Assembly: GCA_965208125.1 (NCBI GenBank)
Contig: OZ242320.1
Span: 3,296,001-3,360,000, forward strand
DNA: 64,000 nucleotides
Direction of reading: 5' to 3'
Source of the DNA: Candidatus Latescibacterota bacterium
Lineage (GTDB): Bacteria; Latescibacterota; UBA2968
Each line of letters opens with the position of its first letter. Within the stretch, counting starts at the first letter, position 1. The notes beneath the pieces were generated by a model. That model had not been told where the DNA came from and made no database searches. It saw only the letters and a program-made list of their open reading frames with translations. Shown here piece after piece: positions 18,341 through 28,157 of the stretch. The position numbers were made by a program, and so were the translations under genes.

Positions 18341-19677
18341 GTTTTTATGTATTCTTCGGGCGATAGTTGGCTGTCCGTTGCGCTTTGATGTTTGTCGTAC
18401 ATGTCTTCTACTTGTGCTGCGATGACCTCTGGATCTTCGGGGATTTCGCCCTGGTCGCCGTACGTTTTGATCCAGTTGTTGAGGCGTGCGCTAAGGTCGT
18501 TGAGCGCGTTCTGATGATCTGGTGACTCTGCGAGGTTTTCGACTTCGTGGGGGTCGGCTTGCAGGTCGTAGAGTTCTTCGTAAGGGCGATAGGGTGCGAG
18601 GAATTTTGCCTGTGCTTCGGTGAGTTTGCCTTCTTTGCCGAGCAGGGGCAGGAGTGTCCAGAGGGGGTATTGCTGGTATTTGTAGCGGTTGAATTGCATG
18701 TAGGGGCGGTCGGGGTGATAGTTGCGTATGTATTTGTAGTTTTTGGTGCGTACGCAGCGGATGCGATCTACTGTGCCATCACATCGGTCGCGTGCTGAGT
18801 AGATTTCGGTGCGGGATTTTGCATCGGGACCGAGGAAGATGTTGCCTTCCATTTCTGGGGGGACGTCTAAACCCGCGAGCGAGAGTGCGGTAGGTGCGAG
18901 GTCTATGCCGCTGACGAGTTCGTCGCTTACGACGCCTGCGTCGATGTGTCCTGGCCAGCGCACAATGCAGGGTATGCGAATGCCACCGTCGTACAGGAAT
19001 TGTTTGTCGCGGATATGCGCGCGTCCGTGATCTGCGATGAGGAAGACAATGGTGTTGTCGGCAACGCCTTCGTCTTCGAGGCGCTGGAGCACCTGGCCGA
19101 CTTTGCGGTCAAAGACCTGAGCGCTTTCGAGATACATTGCCCAATCTTTTCTGATGAGGGGATGATCGGGATAATAAGGCGGGATTTCTACGGCACCGGG
19201 ATCGACGGGGTTTTGCGGATCGGGCGTGAAGTTGCGATGGGTGTCTGTGATGTTGTTCTGGGCGTAAAAGGGCTGGCCCTCGGCGCGCTGGGTCCAGTCG
19301 ATACCGTCAAAGACGCCGTTGCGCTGGAAGTTGAAGTCGGTTTTGCCAGGTTTGTCAAAGGGCGGGCCAGGGCTGTTGCAGGTGTAATATCCCGCATCGC
19401 GGAAGTAGTCGGTGATGAGGCGAATGTGTTCGGGCAATGGGGTGTCGCGCTTGCTGCGGTGGTTGTGCGCGCCAAAGCTGGTTTGATAGCGGCCGGTGAT
19501 GATGGCCGATCTGCTCGGGGAACACACCGGGCAGGTGACAAACGCATTTGTAAATAGCGTGCCTTCCGATGCGAGTTTGTCGATGTTGGGTGTTTGCACT
19601 GCTGGCGTGCCATAGCAGGCGAGGTTGGGATAGAGGTCTTCGCCGTAGATCCAGATGATGTTGGGTTTATTGGGCAT
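18316..19677 (-). CDS. Formylglycine-dependent sulfatase (S1 family), no signal peptide
   Basis: KPNIIWI..EDL, CSPSRSAIITG (CxPxR), GKTD, ADHG and EELYDLQADPHE motifs. Confidence 0.92.
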   Translation of the reverse strand: MPNKPNIIWIYGEDLYPNLACYGTPAVQTPNIDKLASEGTLFTNAFVTCPVCSPSRSAIITGRYQTSFGAHNHRSKRDTPLPEHIRLITDYFRDAGYYTCNSPGPPFDKPGKTDFNFQRNGVFDGIDWTQRAEGQPFYAQNNITDTHRNFTPDPQNPVDPGAVEIPPYYPDHPLIRKDWAMYLESAQVFDRKVGQVLQRLEDEGVADNTIVFLIADHGRAHIRDKQFLYDGGIRIPCIVRWPGHIDAGVVSDELVSGIDLAPTALSLAGLDVPPEMEGNIFLGPDAKSRTEIYSARDRCDGTVDRIRCVRTKNYKYIRNYHPDRPYMQFNRYKYQQYPLWTLLPLLGKEGKLTEAQAKFLAPYRPYEELYDLQADPHEVENLAESPDHQNALNDLSARLNNWIKTYGDQGEIPEDPEVIAAQVEDMYDKHQSATDSQLSPEEYIKTWEQKLLG

Positions 19678-19722
19678 GGTGAGAGATCTTTCTGTGTGTG
19701 GTTTGAGCTGTCTTGCAATGTT

Positions 19723-19748
19723 GTAGGGGCAGGCCCCTGTGCCTGCCC
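19723..19748 (+). repeat. GTAG-type REP-like palindrome
   Basis: GTAG-GGGCAGGC-ccctgt-GCCTGCCC in an intergenic gap. Confidence 0.7.
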
Positions 19749-19767
19749 GTTGGTCTATTCGTCCAGT

Positions 19768-20571
19768 TTATCGCGCGCCGCACGCTTGCAAGGATGCCTG
19801 CATGTGTCCGCGGGTTTCCGCGCCGATGATGCAACACTGTTCCAGGCTGTGTCCCTGTGCTTTTGTGCCGATGACTTCGAGGTTGACGGGTCCGTCGTAA
19901 CCATTTTCGTGAAGGACGCGGATATAACCGACGAGGTCGATGTCGCCGCGGCCATTGGCCTGGTTTTCAGGGGCGCCTGGACCGCGTTCGCGGCCTTTGC
20001 AGTCGCGGATGTGGACGTGTTTGACGCGCGAGACGACGGCTGCAATAGCTTCTACTGGATTTTCGTTTGCGCGGTGGATGTGCGAGGGGTCCATGTCAAT
20101 GCCAAAGGCGGGAGATGAGATGGCTTCCATCGCCCGCAGGGTGGTTGGGGTGTTGTAGATGGCTGCGCCCACATGGGCTTTGACGCAGAGGGTTACGCCG
20201 TATTTTTCGGCTCTGTTGGCGAGGTTGCCGAGGGAGTCGATGCTTTGCTGGAAGGTTTCTTCGTCGTCTGATTTTCCTCCCGGACCGCAATTGACGACGG
20301 GGATGCCGGCTTCGTTTGCAGCTTGAAATGCTTTTTCCATGGTGTCGGGGTCTTGCCTGGGTTGTTCCATGGCGAGGAGTTCGAGGCCGTATTCACGTCC
20401 CAGACGCCTGGCTTCCCGGGCTGTTTCGCGCCAGTTGTCGAGGACGAGGTGCTGGCTCATGCCACTAATTGCCGCGACTTCTATGCCGTCGTAGCCTGCC
20501 ATAGCCGTGTACTTAAAAGCGGTTTCCATGTCCCACGCGCCAAAAAGAACAGAGTTGAGTCCGAGTTTCAT
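19768..20571 (-). CDS. Sugar phosphate isomerase/epimerase (xylose isomerase-like TIM barrel)
   Basis: GYDGIE, DMDPSH, KHVHIRD and GYDGPVNLE motifs. Confidence 0.85.
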   Translation of the reverse strand: MKLGLNSVLFGAWDMETAFKYTAMAGYDGIEVAAISGMSQHLVLDNWRETAREARRLGREYGLELLAMEQPRQDPDTMEKAFQAANEAGIPVVNCGPGGKSDDEETFQQSIDSLGNLANRAEKYGVTLCVKAHVGAAIYNTPTTLRAMEAISSPAFGIDMDPSHIHRANENPVEAIAAVVSRVKHVHIRDCKGRERGPGAPENQANGRGDIDLVGYIRVLHENGYDGPVNLEVIGTKAQGHSLEQCCIIGAETRGHMQASLQACGAR

Positions 20572-20590
20572 GTTTCCTCCTGTAAGGGGT

Positions 20591-21646
20591 TTATTGATTC
20601 TGCATCGCTGGCAAGTCCGTGCGCGATCCCCGTACGTCTATCGCTTCTTTGGAGAGCCGAGCCTGGGGTGCTTCGCCATTTAAGATTCGTTCGAAATCAT
20701 CGCCGATTACTTCGGCGACTTGCAAGTTCGCGTCTCGCGTGCGTCCGGCAATATGGGGGGTGTGTACCACATTGTTCCGATTGCGCAATAGATCGTCTGT
20801 GGGCACTGGTTCATTGTCATATACGTCAAATGCTCCGGCGAGTTCGTTGGCGATAATGCGTTCGCGCAATGCGTCCATATCGACGGCATGTGCGCGGGTG
20901 GTGATTACGACCAGGCTGCCTTTGCGCAACCGATAAATGCGTTCGCGCGATAGGATTTTTCTGGCAGATGGCGTTGGCGGTATGGTGACGACGACTATCT
21001 CGCATTCATCTACGAGGGTGTCCATTTCCACGCCTTCTACGCCGAGTTCATCCAGTCGCGATTTTGGAATAAATGGATCGTAGCCGAGTACGCGCGAGCC
21101 GAGCGCGTTACACCACATTGCCATCCGCCCGCCGATTTGTCCCAGTCCCATGACGCCGACGGTTTTGGTTCCCAATGTGCCGTTGACGAAATCTGGATTG
21201 TCGCAAAATTGCGTGTATTCAAAATTCCACAGGCGTTCCCCCGATGCCATGCGTTTGTGCCATTGCGGTATCAGGCGCAGGGAATTTAATGTCAGGGCGA
21301 GTGTAATTTCTGCGACAGATGCCGCCCACGCGCGCGTGCCGTCAATGATGGGAATGTCGCGTTCAAACATGCCATCGACTGGAAGAGAGCGATGGCCCCA
21401 ATTATCCAGTACCCCTCCCACGGCTTTTAATTCGGGCGCGCGTGCCAAACACGCTTCTGTCAACTGTCCACCGAATAGCGCGATAGCCGATACATGCGAC
21501 AAATCCGTCAATTCTCCAAGTGGCACGCCGCGTTCTACCTGTACTATGCGCACTTCATCTATTTCATTTAGCCGCGCCATCAGTGCCTCTGGCACATACG
21601 GCCATGAACGTTCCAAATTTTCCGTCCGAGCGAACAGAATCGCCAT
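20591..21646 (-). CDS. D-2-hydroxyacid dehydrogenase family protein
   Basis: TVGVMGLGQIG, GYDP, DVYDNEP and HTPHIAG motifs. Confidence 0.88.
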   Translation of the reverse strand: MAILFARTENLERSWPYVPEALMARLNEIDEVRIVQVERGVPLGELTDLSHVSAIALFGGQLTEACLARAPELKAVGGVLDNWGHRSLPVDGMFERDIPIIDGTRAWAASVAEITLALTLNSLRLIPQWHKRMASGERLWNFEYTQFCDNPDFVNGTLGTKTVGVMGLGQIGGRMAMWCNALGSRVLGYDPFIPKSRLDELGVEGVEMDTLVDECEIVVVTIPPTPSARKILSRERIYRLRKGSLVVITTRAHAVDMDALRERIIANELAGAFDVYDNEPVPTDDLLRNRNNVVHTPHIAGRTRDANLQVAEVIGDDFERILNGEAPQARLSKEAIDVRGSRTDLPAMQNQ

Positions 21647-21711
21647 TATCCATCCTTTCTTAAAAATAACGTTATTATTGTTCTTTTATATGAATAGCAA
21701 AATAATGCGTC

Positions 21712-21723
21712 TTGTCTGGACAA
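21712..21723. promoter_or_regulatory. Possible GntR-family operator upstream of the 21646-17045 gene run
   Basis: Palindrome TTGTC-TG-GACAA in the AT-rich upstream region. Confidence 0.3.
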
Positions 21724-21795
21724 ACAAGAACCAAAAAATGCGGATGCATTGTGAGGAAGGGAAGGTATTGAGGAGAAGGGGTAGGGTGAGACGGC

Positions 21796-21829
21796 AAACG
21801 GGTTCGCCCTGCGCTGGACGAACCCGCAG
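21796..21829 (-). terminator. Probable intrinsic terminator after the YWTD gene
   Basis: cgggttcg...cgaacccg stem followed by TTT on the minus strand. Confidence 0.5.
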
Positions 21830-21839
21830 TTTTCATAGT

Positions 21840-23048
21840 CTATGGTGCGAGCATCAGGGCGATACCCTGTGTATTGACCAATCCAGTGGTGACGAGGGCT
21901 TCGGGACCGGAGCCATCGAGGTTGGCGCGCCAGATTTTACCGTCATTGACGTTGGCCGTGCCGGCATCTGCCCAGTACATCTTTGGAGGATCGCTTGTCA
22001 GGTCCAGAGCTATATCGCGCGGGGTGGTGGCTGATCCGGCGAGTGACTGTCCACCGAATGTTCTGGTGTTGAGGATATCTTCTGCTTCAGTGCCGTCGAG
22101 GTTGGCGCGCCGGATTCTATCCCTGCTGATGTCCGTCCAGTACATCTTGCCTCCGGATACATCCAGAGCAATGCCTCTTGGGACCCGCAAGAAGTTTTCG
22201 TAGGTGAGAAGGGTTTCAACATTGGATCCGTCGAGGTCGGCACGCTGGATTTTATCATCCTGTGGTGCGTCGGGCCCACCCGTGCCGGAGTCCGTCCAGT
22301 ACATTTTGCCCCCAGTTGTATCCAGAGCGATGCTCTGCGGAGTAATCAATCCGGTGGTGACAAGGGCTTCGGGACTGGATCCGTCGAGGTTGGCGCGCCA
22401 GATTTTACCGTCATTGACGTTGGCCGTGCCGGCATCTACCCAGTACATCTTTGGAGGGTCGCTTGTCAGGTCCAGAGCAACGTCGCGTGGAGTGGTGGCC
22501 GGGCCACCAAGTGACTGCCCGCCGAATGTTCTGGTGTTGAGGATATCTTCTATGCCAGAGCCATCGAGGTTGGCACGGCGGATTCTATCTCTGGTGGTAT
22601 CTGTCCAGTACATCTTTCCCCCGGCCACATCCAGCTCAATGCCCATTGGAAGCCGCAAGAAGTTTTCGTATGTGACGAGGGTTTCAACATTGGATCCGTC
22701 GAGGTCGGCACGCTGGATTTTATCATCCTCCATAGGGGTAGGGTTACCCGTGCCGGAGTCTGTCCAGTATATCTTTGCCGCAACCTTAGGCACTTCTTTG
22801 CCAAATTGCCCGACGAATATTAGAAAATCTCCAAACGCGACCTCGCCATCGCCATCCAGATCGAATCGACCTTCATATCTCTCATCGCCCTGACGTGCTC
22901 CGAATTTGCTGACAAAGAGCAAAAAGTCGGAAAAATCGACAATGCCGCTTCCATCAAAGTCTGGATTACTTGATTGTGATCCAACTCTGGCCTGAAGCGG
23001 TTGAGTCAAAAAACCTGCGAAAACGATTGCAAATAGTAATAGACGCAT
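21840..23048 (-). CDS. Secreted LDL-receptor class B (YWTD) beta-propeller protein with N-terminal EF-hand/dockerin-like domain
   Basis: Signal peptide; PDFDGSGIVDFSDFLLF..DLDGDGEVAFGDFLIF; six K(M/I)YWxD...RA(N/D)LDG repeats. Confidence 0.9.
   Translation of the reverse strand: MRLLLFAIVFAGFLTQPLQARVGSQSSNPDFDGSGIVDFSDFLLFVSKFGARQGDERYEGRFDLDGDGEVAFGDFLIFVGQFGKEVPKVAAKIYWTDSGTGNPTPMEDDKIQRADLDGSNVETLVTYENFLRLPMGIELDVAGGKMYWTDTTRDRIRRANLDGSGIEDILNTRTFGGQSLGGPATTPRDVALDLTSDPPKMYWVDAGTANVNDGKIWRANLDGSSPEALVTTGLITPQSIALDTTGGKMYWTDSGTGGPDAPQDDKIQRADLDGSNVETLLTYENFLRVPRGIALDVSGGKMYWTDISRDRIRRANLDGTEAEDILNTRTFGGQSLAGSATTPRDIALDLTSDPPKMYWADAGTANVNDGKIWRANLDGSGPEALVTTGLVNTQGIALMLAP
21860..22775 (-). 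repeat. 468-bp (156-aa, three-blade) internal duplication in the YWTD gene
   Basis: gttggcgcgccagattttaccgtcattgacgttggccgtgccggcatct at 21921 and 22389. Confidence 0.9.
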
Positions 23049-23274
23049 GATTTCCTCCCTCTTGTTGGAGTTTTAAGCGTTACTGCTTGCTCTCATAAGA
23101 CATGATAACATGATAAATATAAATTTTCCAAATAAAAATAGTCATGATGCCCGAACTTGAGGAACGATGCTAAAATCTCCGTGGGTCTGGCTGTACATAA
23201 ATTTTTTGACTTATGTGTTTTGCGTATTATCATGCGTTAGACATAAATCATATAACCCATCAGGAGATTTGACT

Positions 23275-24027
23275 ATGAGTAGCAAAGTTGCAATTGTCAC
23301 TGGCGCGGGCAGCGGGATTGGTAAACATACCACGCTTGCCTTTTTGGGTGCGGGATATTCAGTGGCCCTGGCAGGACGACGCGAAGATCCCTTGAAAGCC
23401 ACGGTAAGTGAAGCGGGTGTAGATGATTCAAAGACGCTGGTTGTGCCGACAGATGTTGGCGACCCAGCGTCTGTGGCAAATCTTTTTGCACAGACAAAAG
23501 AGAAATTTGGACGTCTGGATGTGCTTTTTAACAATGCGGGGGTGGGCGCACCTGGCGTCAATCTCGAGGATTTGACTTTTGAGCAATGGCAAACTGTGGT
23601 CAATACCAATTTAACGGGTGTCTTTTTGTGTACTCAGGAGGCGTTTAAGATTATGAAAGACCAGACGCCTCGGGGTGGGAGGATCATCAATAATGGGTCG
23701 ATATCGGCTCATGTTCCTCGCCCAAATTCCTCGCCCTATACGGCGACCAAACACGCAGTGTCTGGCCTGACCAAATCCGCTTCACTCGATGGACGCAAAT
23801 ACGATATCGCCTGCGGACAAATCGATATTGGCAATGCGGCGACCGATATGACCGAGCGCATGAAAAGGGGCGTTCCGCAAGCCAATGGATCTACTCTGGT
23901 AGAACCTACGATGGATGTCAGGGGCGTCGCACAAGCCGTGCTCAATATGGCGAGTCTTCCATTAGATGCAAATGTTCAATTTATGACGATTATGGCGACC
24001 AAGATGCCCTATATTGGTCGCGGGTAA
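23275..24027 (+). CDS. Short-chain dehydrogenase/reductase
   Basis: [12 protein letters not shown] and YTATK motifs. Start moved to ATG 23275, which follows AGGAG. Confidence 0.92.
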   Translation: MSSKVAIVTGAGSGIGKHTTLAFLGAGYSVALAGRREDPLKATVSEAGVDDSKTLVVPTDVGDPASVANLFAQTKEKFGRLDVLFNNAGVGAPGVNLEDLTFEQWQTVVNTNLTGVFLCTQEAFKIMKDQTPRGGRIINNGSISAHVPRPNSSPYTATKHAVSGLTKSASLDGRKYDIACGQIDIGNAATDMTERMKRGVPQANGSTLVEPTMDVRGVAQAVLNMASLPLDANVQFMTIMATKMPYIGRG

Positions 24028-24028
24028 G

Positions 24029-24066
24029 ACAAAAAAAGACCGGACAAAGCATCCGGTCTTTTTTGT
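24029..24066. terminator. Bidirectional intrinsic terminator
   Basis: aaaaaaagaccgga-caaagca-tccggtctttttt between convergent genes. Confidence 0.85.
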
Positions 24067-24085
24067 TTGTACTATGGGAGAGGGG

Positions 24086-26569
24086 TTACATCCCCAGCAT
24101 GTATGAGACTTTTACGAGAACGGCCCGGTTTCTTTCGCTCCATTCGCGCAAGACATCCCGGTCATCCAGGTGATGGTCGTAAGTGACGTCAAAGCCCTGG
24201 TCGTAAACAAAGTAAATATCACTGCCGGGGCGGAAGCGGTAATTCAGCAATACATTTACACTCGCCTGTTCGCGGTCATTATTCCACTGGGCGAATAGTT
24301 TGACATAAAAGTCCGTGGAAAAGGAATAGATCAAGCGGTTGCTCAATACCTGAATATTGAAGTTGCCCTGGGGTAAGCGTAGCCAGTTGACTTCGTAGTC
24401 GGTTTCAAGCGAAAGTTTTCCAGAAGGCGTGAAGGTATTTTCGAGTGAAAGTTTATATCGCTTACCCGTGTAATAGTTGCCGATTTCAATATCGAACTCG
24501 GGGCGGACTTTTCGCGAGCGACTCGGATAGGGGCCGGTTCTGAATTTTGTAAAAGTGTATTTGTCGCGTGGGATAATTATATCTGGCCGCTTTTTCGATG
24601 GCTTGAACGTGCGCTCGACCACGTCGTGCGTTCGCGCAAATTCTACCCGATACCAGTCTCCGGCATTGAATCGCGTGTAAGTAGATACCTGCAAATCCCA
24701 GAATTTGACTTTATTTATTGGGTCACTGGGATCTGTAATGAGCCGAAATCGCGGTCCTGTGGAAATATAGCGAATGAGATCCGTGTTGGCGGGTATTCGC
24801 GCTCTGAATTGTGCCTCGTATCGCCGAAGTCTCTTCAATCCTGCGCGGCGGTTGACAAACCCGGCTTTGGGTTGAAAATGCGCTCCAATATCGACGTATT
24901 TCAGGGTGCTGGAATAAATACCGCCCGAATAGGTGGCCTGTAAAAATCCTGCGGCCCCTGTCGGCACATCTTCAGCAGAATCCCAGGTTTGTGCGTAAAA
25001 TCCCTGAAAATTGAGGGCGTTGGATGGTGAGAAACTGAAATCAAGCCCGGCAGCGCGGTTGTACTGGTCCCAACCTGAGCCAGGAATAGGGGTTTGTTTG
25101 TTCACGACAATGGCACCGATATTTGACCGCGCCATCACGTCGTGTTTCAGGCGCAAGACCGAGAAATTGCTGCGTTGAACAAATGTATCATCCTGAAGCG
25201 TTTTGGAATCCGTCAATACATTCAATGCGCCAATACTCGTCTTGCCGGCTTTGCCCGCCAGTTTGCTGCCCAGGAGAATGGGCACGGGTTCCCCCGATTC
25301 CAGGCCGATTCGGCGGCTGTAAAACAAGATCGTGGGCGGGCGGCTGTCCCCTCCGCGTCTCGTGGCGGCTTCGCCAAAATCAAAGAGGGTGGATCCCTCC
25401 AGGAAGAATTCGCGCTTTTCGGGGAAGAATTGCGAGAATTGCGTCAGGTTTACTTCCTCTTGATCTCCTTCAACCTGGGCAAAATCTGTATTATAAGACA
25501 GGTCCAGTATCATGTTGGGCGTGAGGCCGTATCGCACATCTACACCGGATTCAAAAGTCTCTTGTACAGATGGGTCATCCGCCTGCAAATCTTTTAGCGC
25601 GCCGGGCAATACATAGGGTTTGATCTGAAATACGCGGCGGGTTTTTAAGGATTTTAGTCCCCTGAGTTCTGCGAGGTCTGTTGTGCGATAGCGCTGCGTT
25701 GGTGATGTCGATCTTTGCCCCACCATCAATGCTGTCGATTCGGTTTTGCGGGCAATAAATCGCGCCAGGTTAATGCCCCATACCGCATCTTCTTCGTCCT
25801 TAAATCGCAGTTGATCAAATGGAATCGCCACCTCAACCGACCACCCTTTATCGTCCCGGTGTCCTTTGGCTTCCCAGATACAATCCCAATCGTCGTTGTA
25901 GGTGCGGCCTTCCCGCGATAGGATCAGATCGCGCTTTGCGCCCAGGGAGTTGACGAAGAAGAATGCGCCGGTTTGACGGTCATTATAAGTGTCCAGCAGA
26001 ATTTGTACATTGTCATCGCCCCACAATTGCGAATCGCGCCGCATGTTATTTGCCACGATTTTGTGTGGCTCGGAATCAAAACATTCAAATCCGAAATAGA
26101 TTTTTCTCTGGTCGTAAACGATACGGGCCGTTGTGCGTTCGGTGCTCGGCACCCAGTAACCCGGGTCGCGCTGGACAAATCCCTCAATGGGTTTTGCATT
26201 TTGCCACGCAGGGTCGTCCAAACGCCCGTCCATTTTGGGACCTTTATCCACGCGGGTGGCGTAAACAGCGCGCGGTGCATCGTCAGAAGTCTGTGTGGTG
26301 ACAACGCGAATGCGATCCGCTACCTTTACGGGTGAGCCGTTTTCTTCGACTACGCGAGCTACGAGTACGTCGTCGAGTTTTTTGATGACCTGAAGCGTTG
26401 ACCCATTATCCATCTGCAATTGGCTTCCCAGGGATGCCGCTCCGTTGAGTCCAGATACATAAGCGAGATCGCCCGTGATTTCTTTGACAATACCAGCTGT
26501 GTCATCACTATTAGCCGACGGCGCGCAAATCGCTATACAGATAAGCCCAAGCAAGCACGCTCTGATCAT
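24086..26569 (-). CDS. DUF5916 / CBM9-like sugar-binding domain outer-membrane protein
   Basis: Signal peptide; MDGRLDDPAW, RRD, GWSVEVAIPF..LRF, NTDFAQVEGD, FFPEKREFFLEG and FYSRRIG motifs. Confidence 0.85.
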   Translation of the reverse strand: MIRACLLGLICIAICAPSANSDDTAGIVKEITGDLAYVSGLNGAASLGSQLQMDNGSTLQVIKKLDDVLVARVVEENGSPVKVADRIRVVTTQTSDDAPRAVYATRVDKGPKMDGRLDDPAWQNAKPIEGFVQRDPGYWVPSTERTTARIVYDQRKIYFGFECFDSEPHKIVANNMRRDSQLWGDDNVQILLDTYNDRQTGAFFFVNSLGAKRDLILSREGRTYNDDWDCIWEAKGHRDDKGWSVEVAIPFDQLRFKDEEDAVWGINLARFIARKTESTALMVGQRSTSPTQRYRTTDLAELRGLKSLKTRRVFQIKPYVLPGALKDLQADDPSVQETFESGVDVRYGLTPNMILDLSYNTDFAQVEGDQEEVNLTQFSQFFPEKREFFLEGSTLFDFGEAATRRGGDSRPPTILFYSRRIGLESGEPVPILLGSKLAGKAGKTSIGALNVLTDSKTLQDDTFVQRSNFSVLRLKHDVMARSNIGAIVVNKQTPIPGSGWDQYNRAAGLDFSFSPSNALNFQGFYAQTWDSAEDVPTGAAGFLQATYSGGIYSSTLKYVDIGAHFQPKAGFVNRRAGLKRLRRYEAQFRARIPANTDLIRYISTGPRFRLITDPSDPINKVKFWDLQVSTYTRFNAGDWYRVEFARTHDVVERTFKPSKKRPDIIIPRDKYTFTKFRTGPYPSRSRKVRPEFDIEIGNYYTGKRYKLSLENTFTPSGKLSLETDYEVNWLRLPQGNFNIQVLSNRLIYSFSTDFYVKLFAQWNNDREQASVNVLLNYRFRPGSDIYFVYDQGFDVTYDHHLDDRDVLREWSERNRAVLVKVSYMLGM

Positions 26570-26703
26570 ATTTTACTCCTGGAAAGTGGTCAGTAGTCAG
26601 TCCCAACCTCGGTGGAATGTCCACAAGTAAGTTTTTACTTACTTATACATAATGTAACGAAAAATAAAATTTTCGCATTACTTTTTTTTGATAAGCGATC
26701 AGT

Positions 26704-28146
26704 TCAGTACATATTGTCTTTGGTCGTGATGGAACACCAGCGTGAATTGAACAGGTTTTGGAACAGAATATCTCGTGCAGCAGGTGTGCCGATTTGTTTC
26801 AGTAGATATGCGGCGTAAAAGCGATTGTAGCGGTTTTCGTCTTCGAGCATTGTCGCCAGTGCTTCAATTGCAGTACTGCCTGATTCTCCGAATTTTGCGA
26901 GGGTGAGGGCTGCGTTGCGCCGCACGCGGTAGTCTTCATCGCTGAGTGCTTCTTTCAGATCAGAGCGTAGCTCTGAGGAGAAATCGCCGAGTGCGCCCAG
27001 CGCTTCGATTGCATTGCGGCGCACCCACCAGTGATTGTCTTTTATCGCGGTTCTCAAAGCGGGCGCAGATGCAATGGCGTCTGATCCCATACGTCCCAAT
27101 ACATTGGCAGCAACCGCTCGTATCCACCAGTGATCTTCTGATAATGTTTCTGTGAGGGCGGCGACTGCGGGTTCTCCTATGAATGAGAGGGATAGAGCCG
27201 CGCATCCACTCGTGGGATTTGTTCCATGGGCATTGTCCGGTGTTTTTGCTTCTGTTTCTTCAATTGTCGCGAGTGTTTCTTCTCGCATGGCGGCGATGAG
27301 TTCAGGTACGGCTTCTGCGCCAAACTCGGCGAGTTTATACGCCGCGTCCAATCGTTCACATTCCGATCCATTCTTTAAAATTGAAATCAAATTTTGCGAA
27401 TTGCCCTGTCGCCTGTTGCGTTCTTTCTGGGTGTTTCCGCACATCCAGTTCCATACGTCTTTTGATATGGCTGGATGCCGGTCTTCAATGCCCGGGGACC
27501 ACGCGCGGCTCTGGTGATTCCATGTGGGTTTTTGCGGTTCCCGTGTGCGCGCAAATTGGAATTTTAGCATGTATCGATTTTTGGTGCTTATATTTTCGGT
27601 TGCGCGGTGCCAGGAATCGAAGTGGATTAGAGCTACAGTGCCCGCAGGTCCACAAAATGCGCGGGCTTTTTCTTTTGTTTGTGCGGGATTTATATCGCTG
27701 ATGGTTTTGTATATTTGCCTGCCGGGCAATACGCCCGAAGGTCCCATATCCTCAGTTGTGTCCTGTGGGAAATAAAAAGCGAGCAGCCAGTAGAATCTCG
27801 GATGCCGCAAGTTGTGATCATATACATAACAGTCTTTATGCCAGCGCTGTCCGTTTCGTCCCGGAGGATTCAGGTGACAATGTCGGTGGGGGTTCAAGAT
27901 GTATCCCGGTCCGAGTAAGCTGGTGAGTGCCCCTTTTACGTTGGGGTGTTCAAACACCTGTCCGATCTGTGGTATCCGGGGCAAGATGTTATTACCGGGG
28001 TTGCCTTCTTTTTCAAAGACGGTCTCGATTTGATCGTGGATATTCGCATGAAATGAGGGCGGATAATCCGCGTGAACTGTCATGCATCCATCCACAATAA
28101 ATCGCTGTACTTCTTCATCATTCAATAACCGCATTGGATCAGCCAT
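26704..28146 (-). CDS. PhyH-family Fe(II)/2OG dioxygenase fused to C-terminal HEAT/PBS-lyase repeats
   Basis: WHKD...WHR facial triad; D..WWVRRNAIEALG repeats. Start at the ATG after AGGAG. Confidence 0.85.
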   Translation of the reverse strand: MADPMRLLNDEEVQRFIVDGCMTVHADYPPSFHANIHDQIETVFEKEGNPGNNILPRIPQIGQVFEHPNVKGALTSLLGPGYILNPHRHCHLNPPGRNGQRWHKDCYVYDHNLRHPRFYWLLAFYFPQDTTEDMGPSGVLPGRQIYKTISDINPAQTKEKARAFCGPAGTVALIHFDSWHRATENISTKNRYMLKFQFARTREPQKPTWNHQSRAWSPGIEDRHPAISKDVWNWMCGNTQKERNRRQGNSQNLISILKNGSECERLDAAYKLAEFGAEAVPELIAAMREETLATIEETEAKTPDNAHGTNPTSGCAALSLSFIGEPAVAALTETLSEDHWWIRAVAANVLGRMGSDAIASAPALRTAIKDNHWWVRRNAIEALGALGDFSSELRSDLKEALSDEDYRVRRNAALTLAKFGESGSTAIEALATMLEDENRYNRFYAAYLLKQIGTPAARDILFQNLFNSRWCSITTKDNMY

Positions 28147-28157
28147 GATGGGTCTCC

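Noticed and set aside
16881-22893. Long overlapping ORFs such as 16881..17810, 21150..22034 and 22204..22893
   Set aside because: They overlap well-supported genes, have Arg/Pro/Ser-rich shadow composition and show no motifs.
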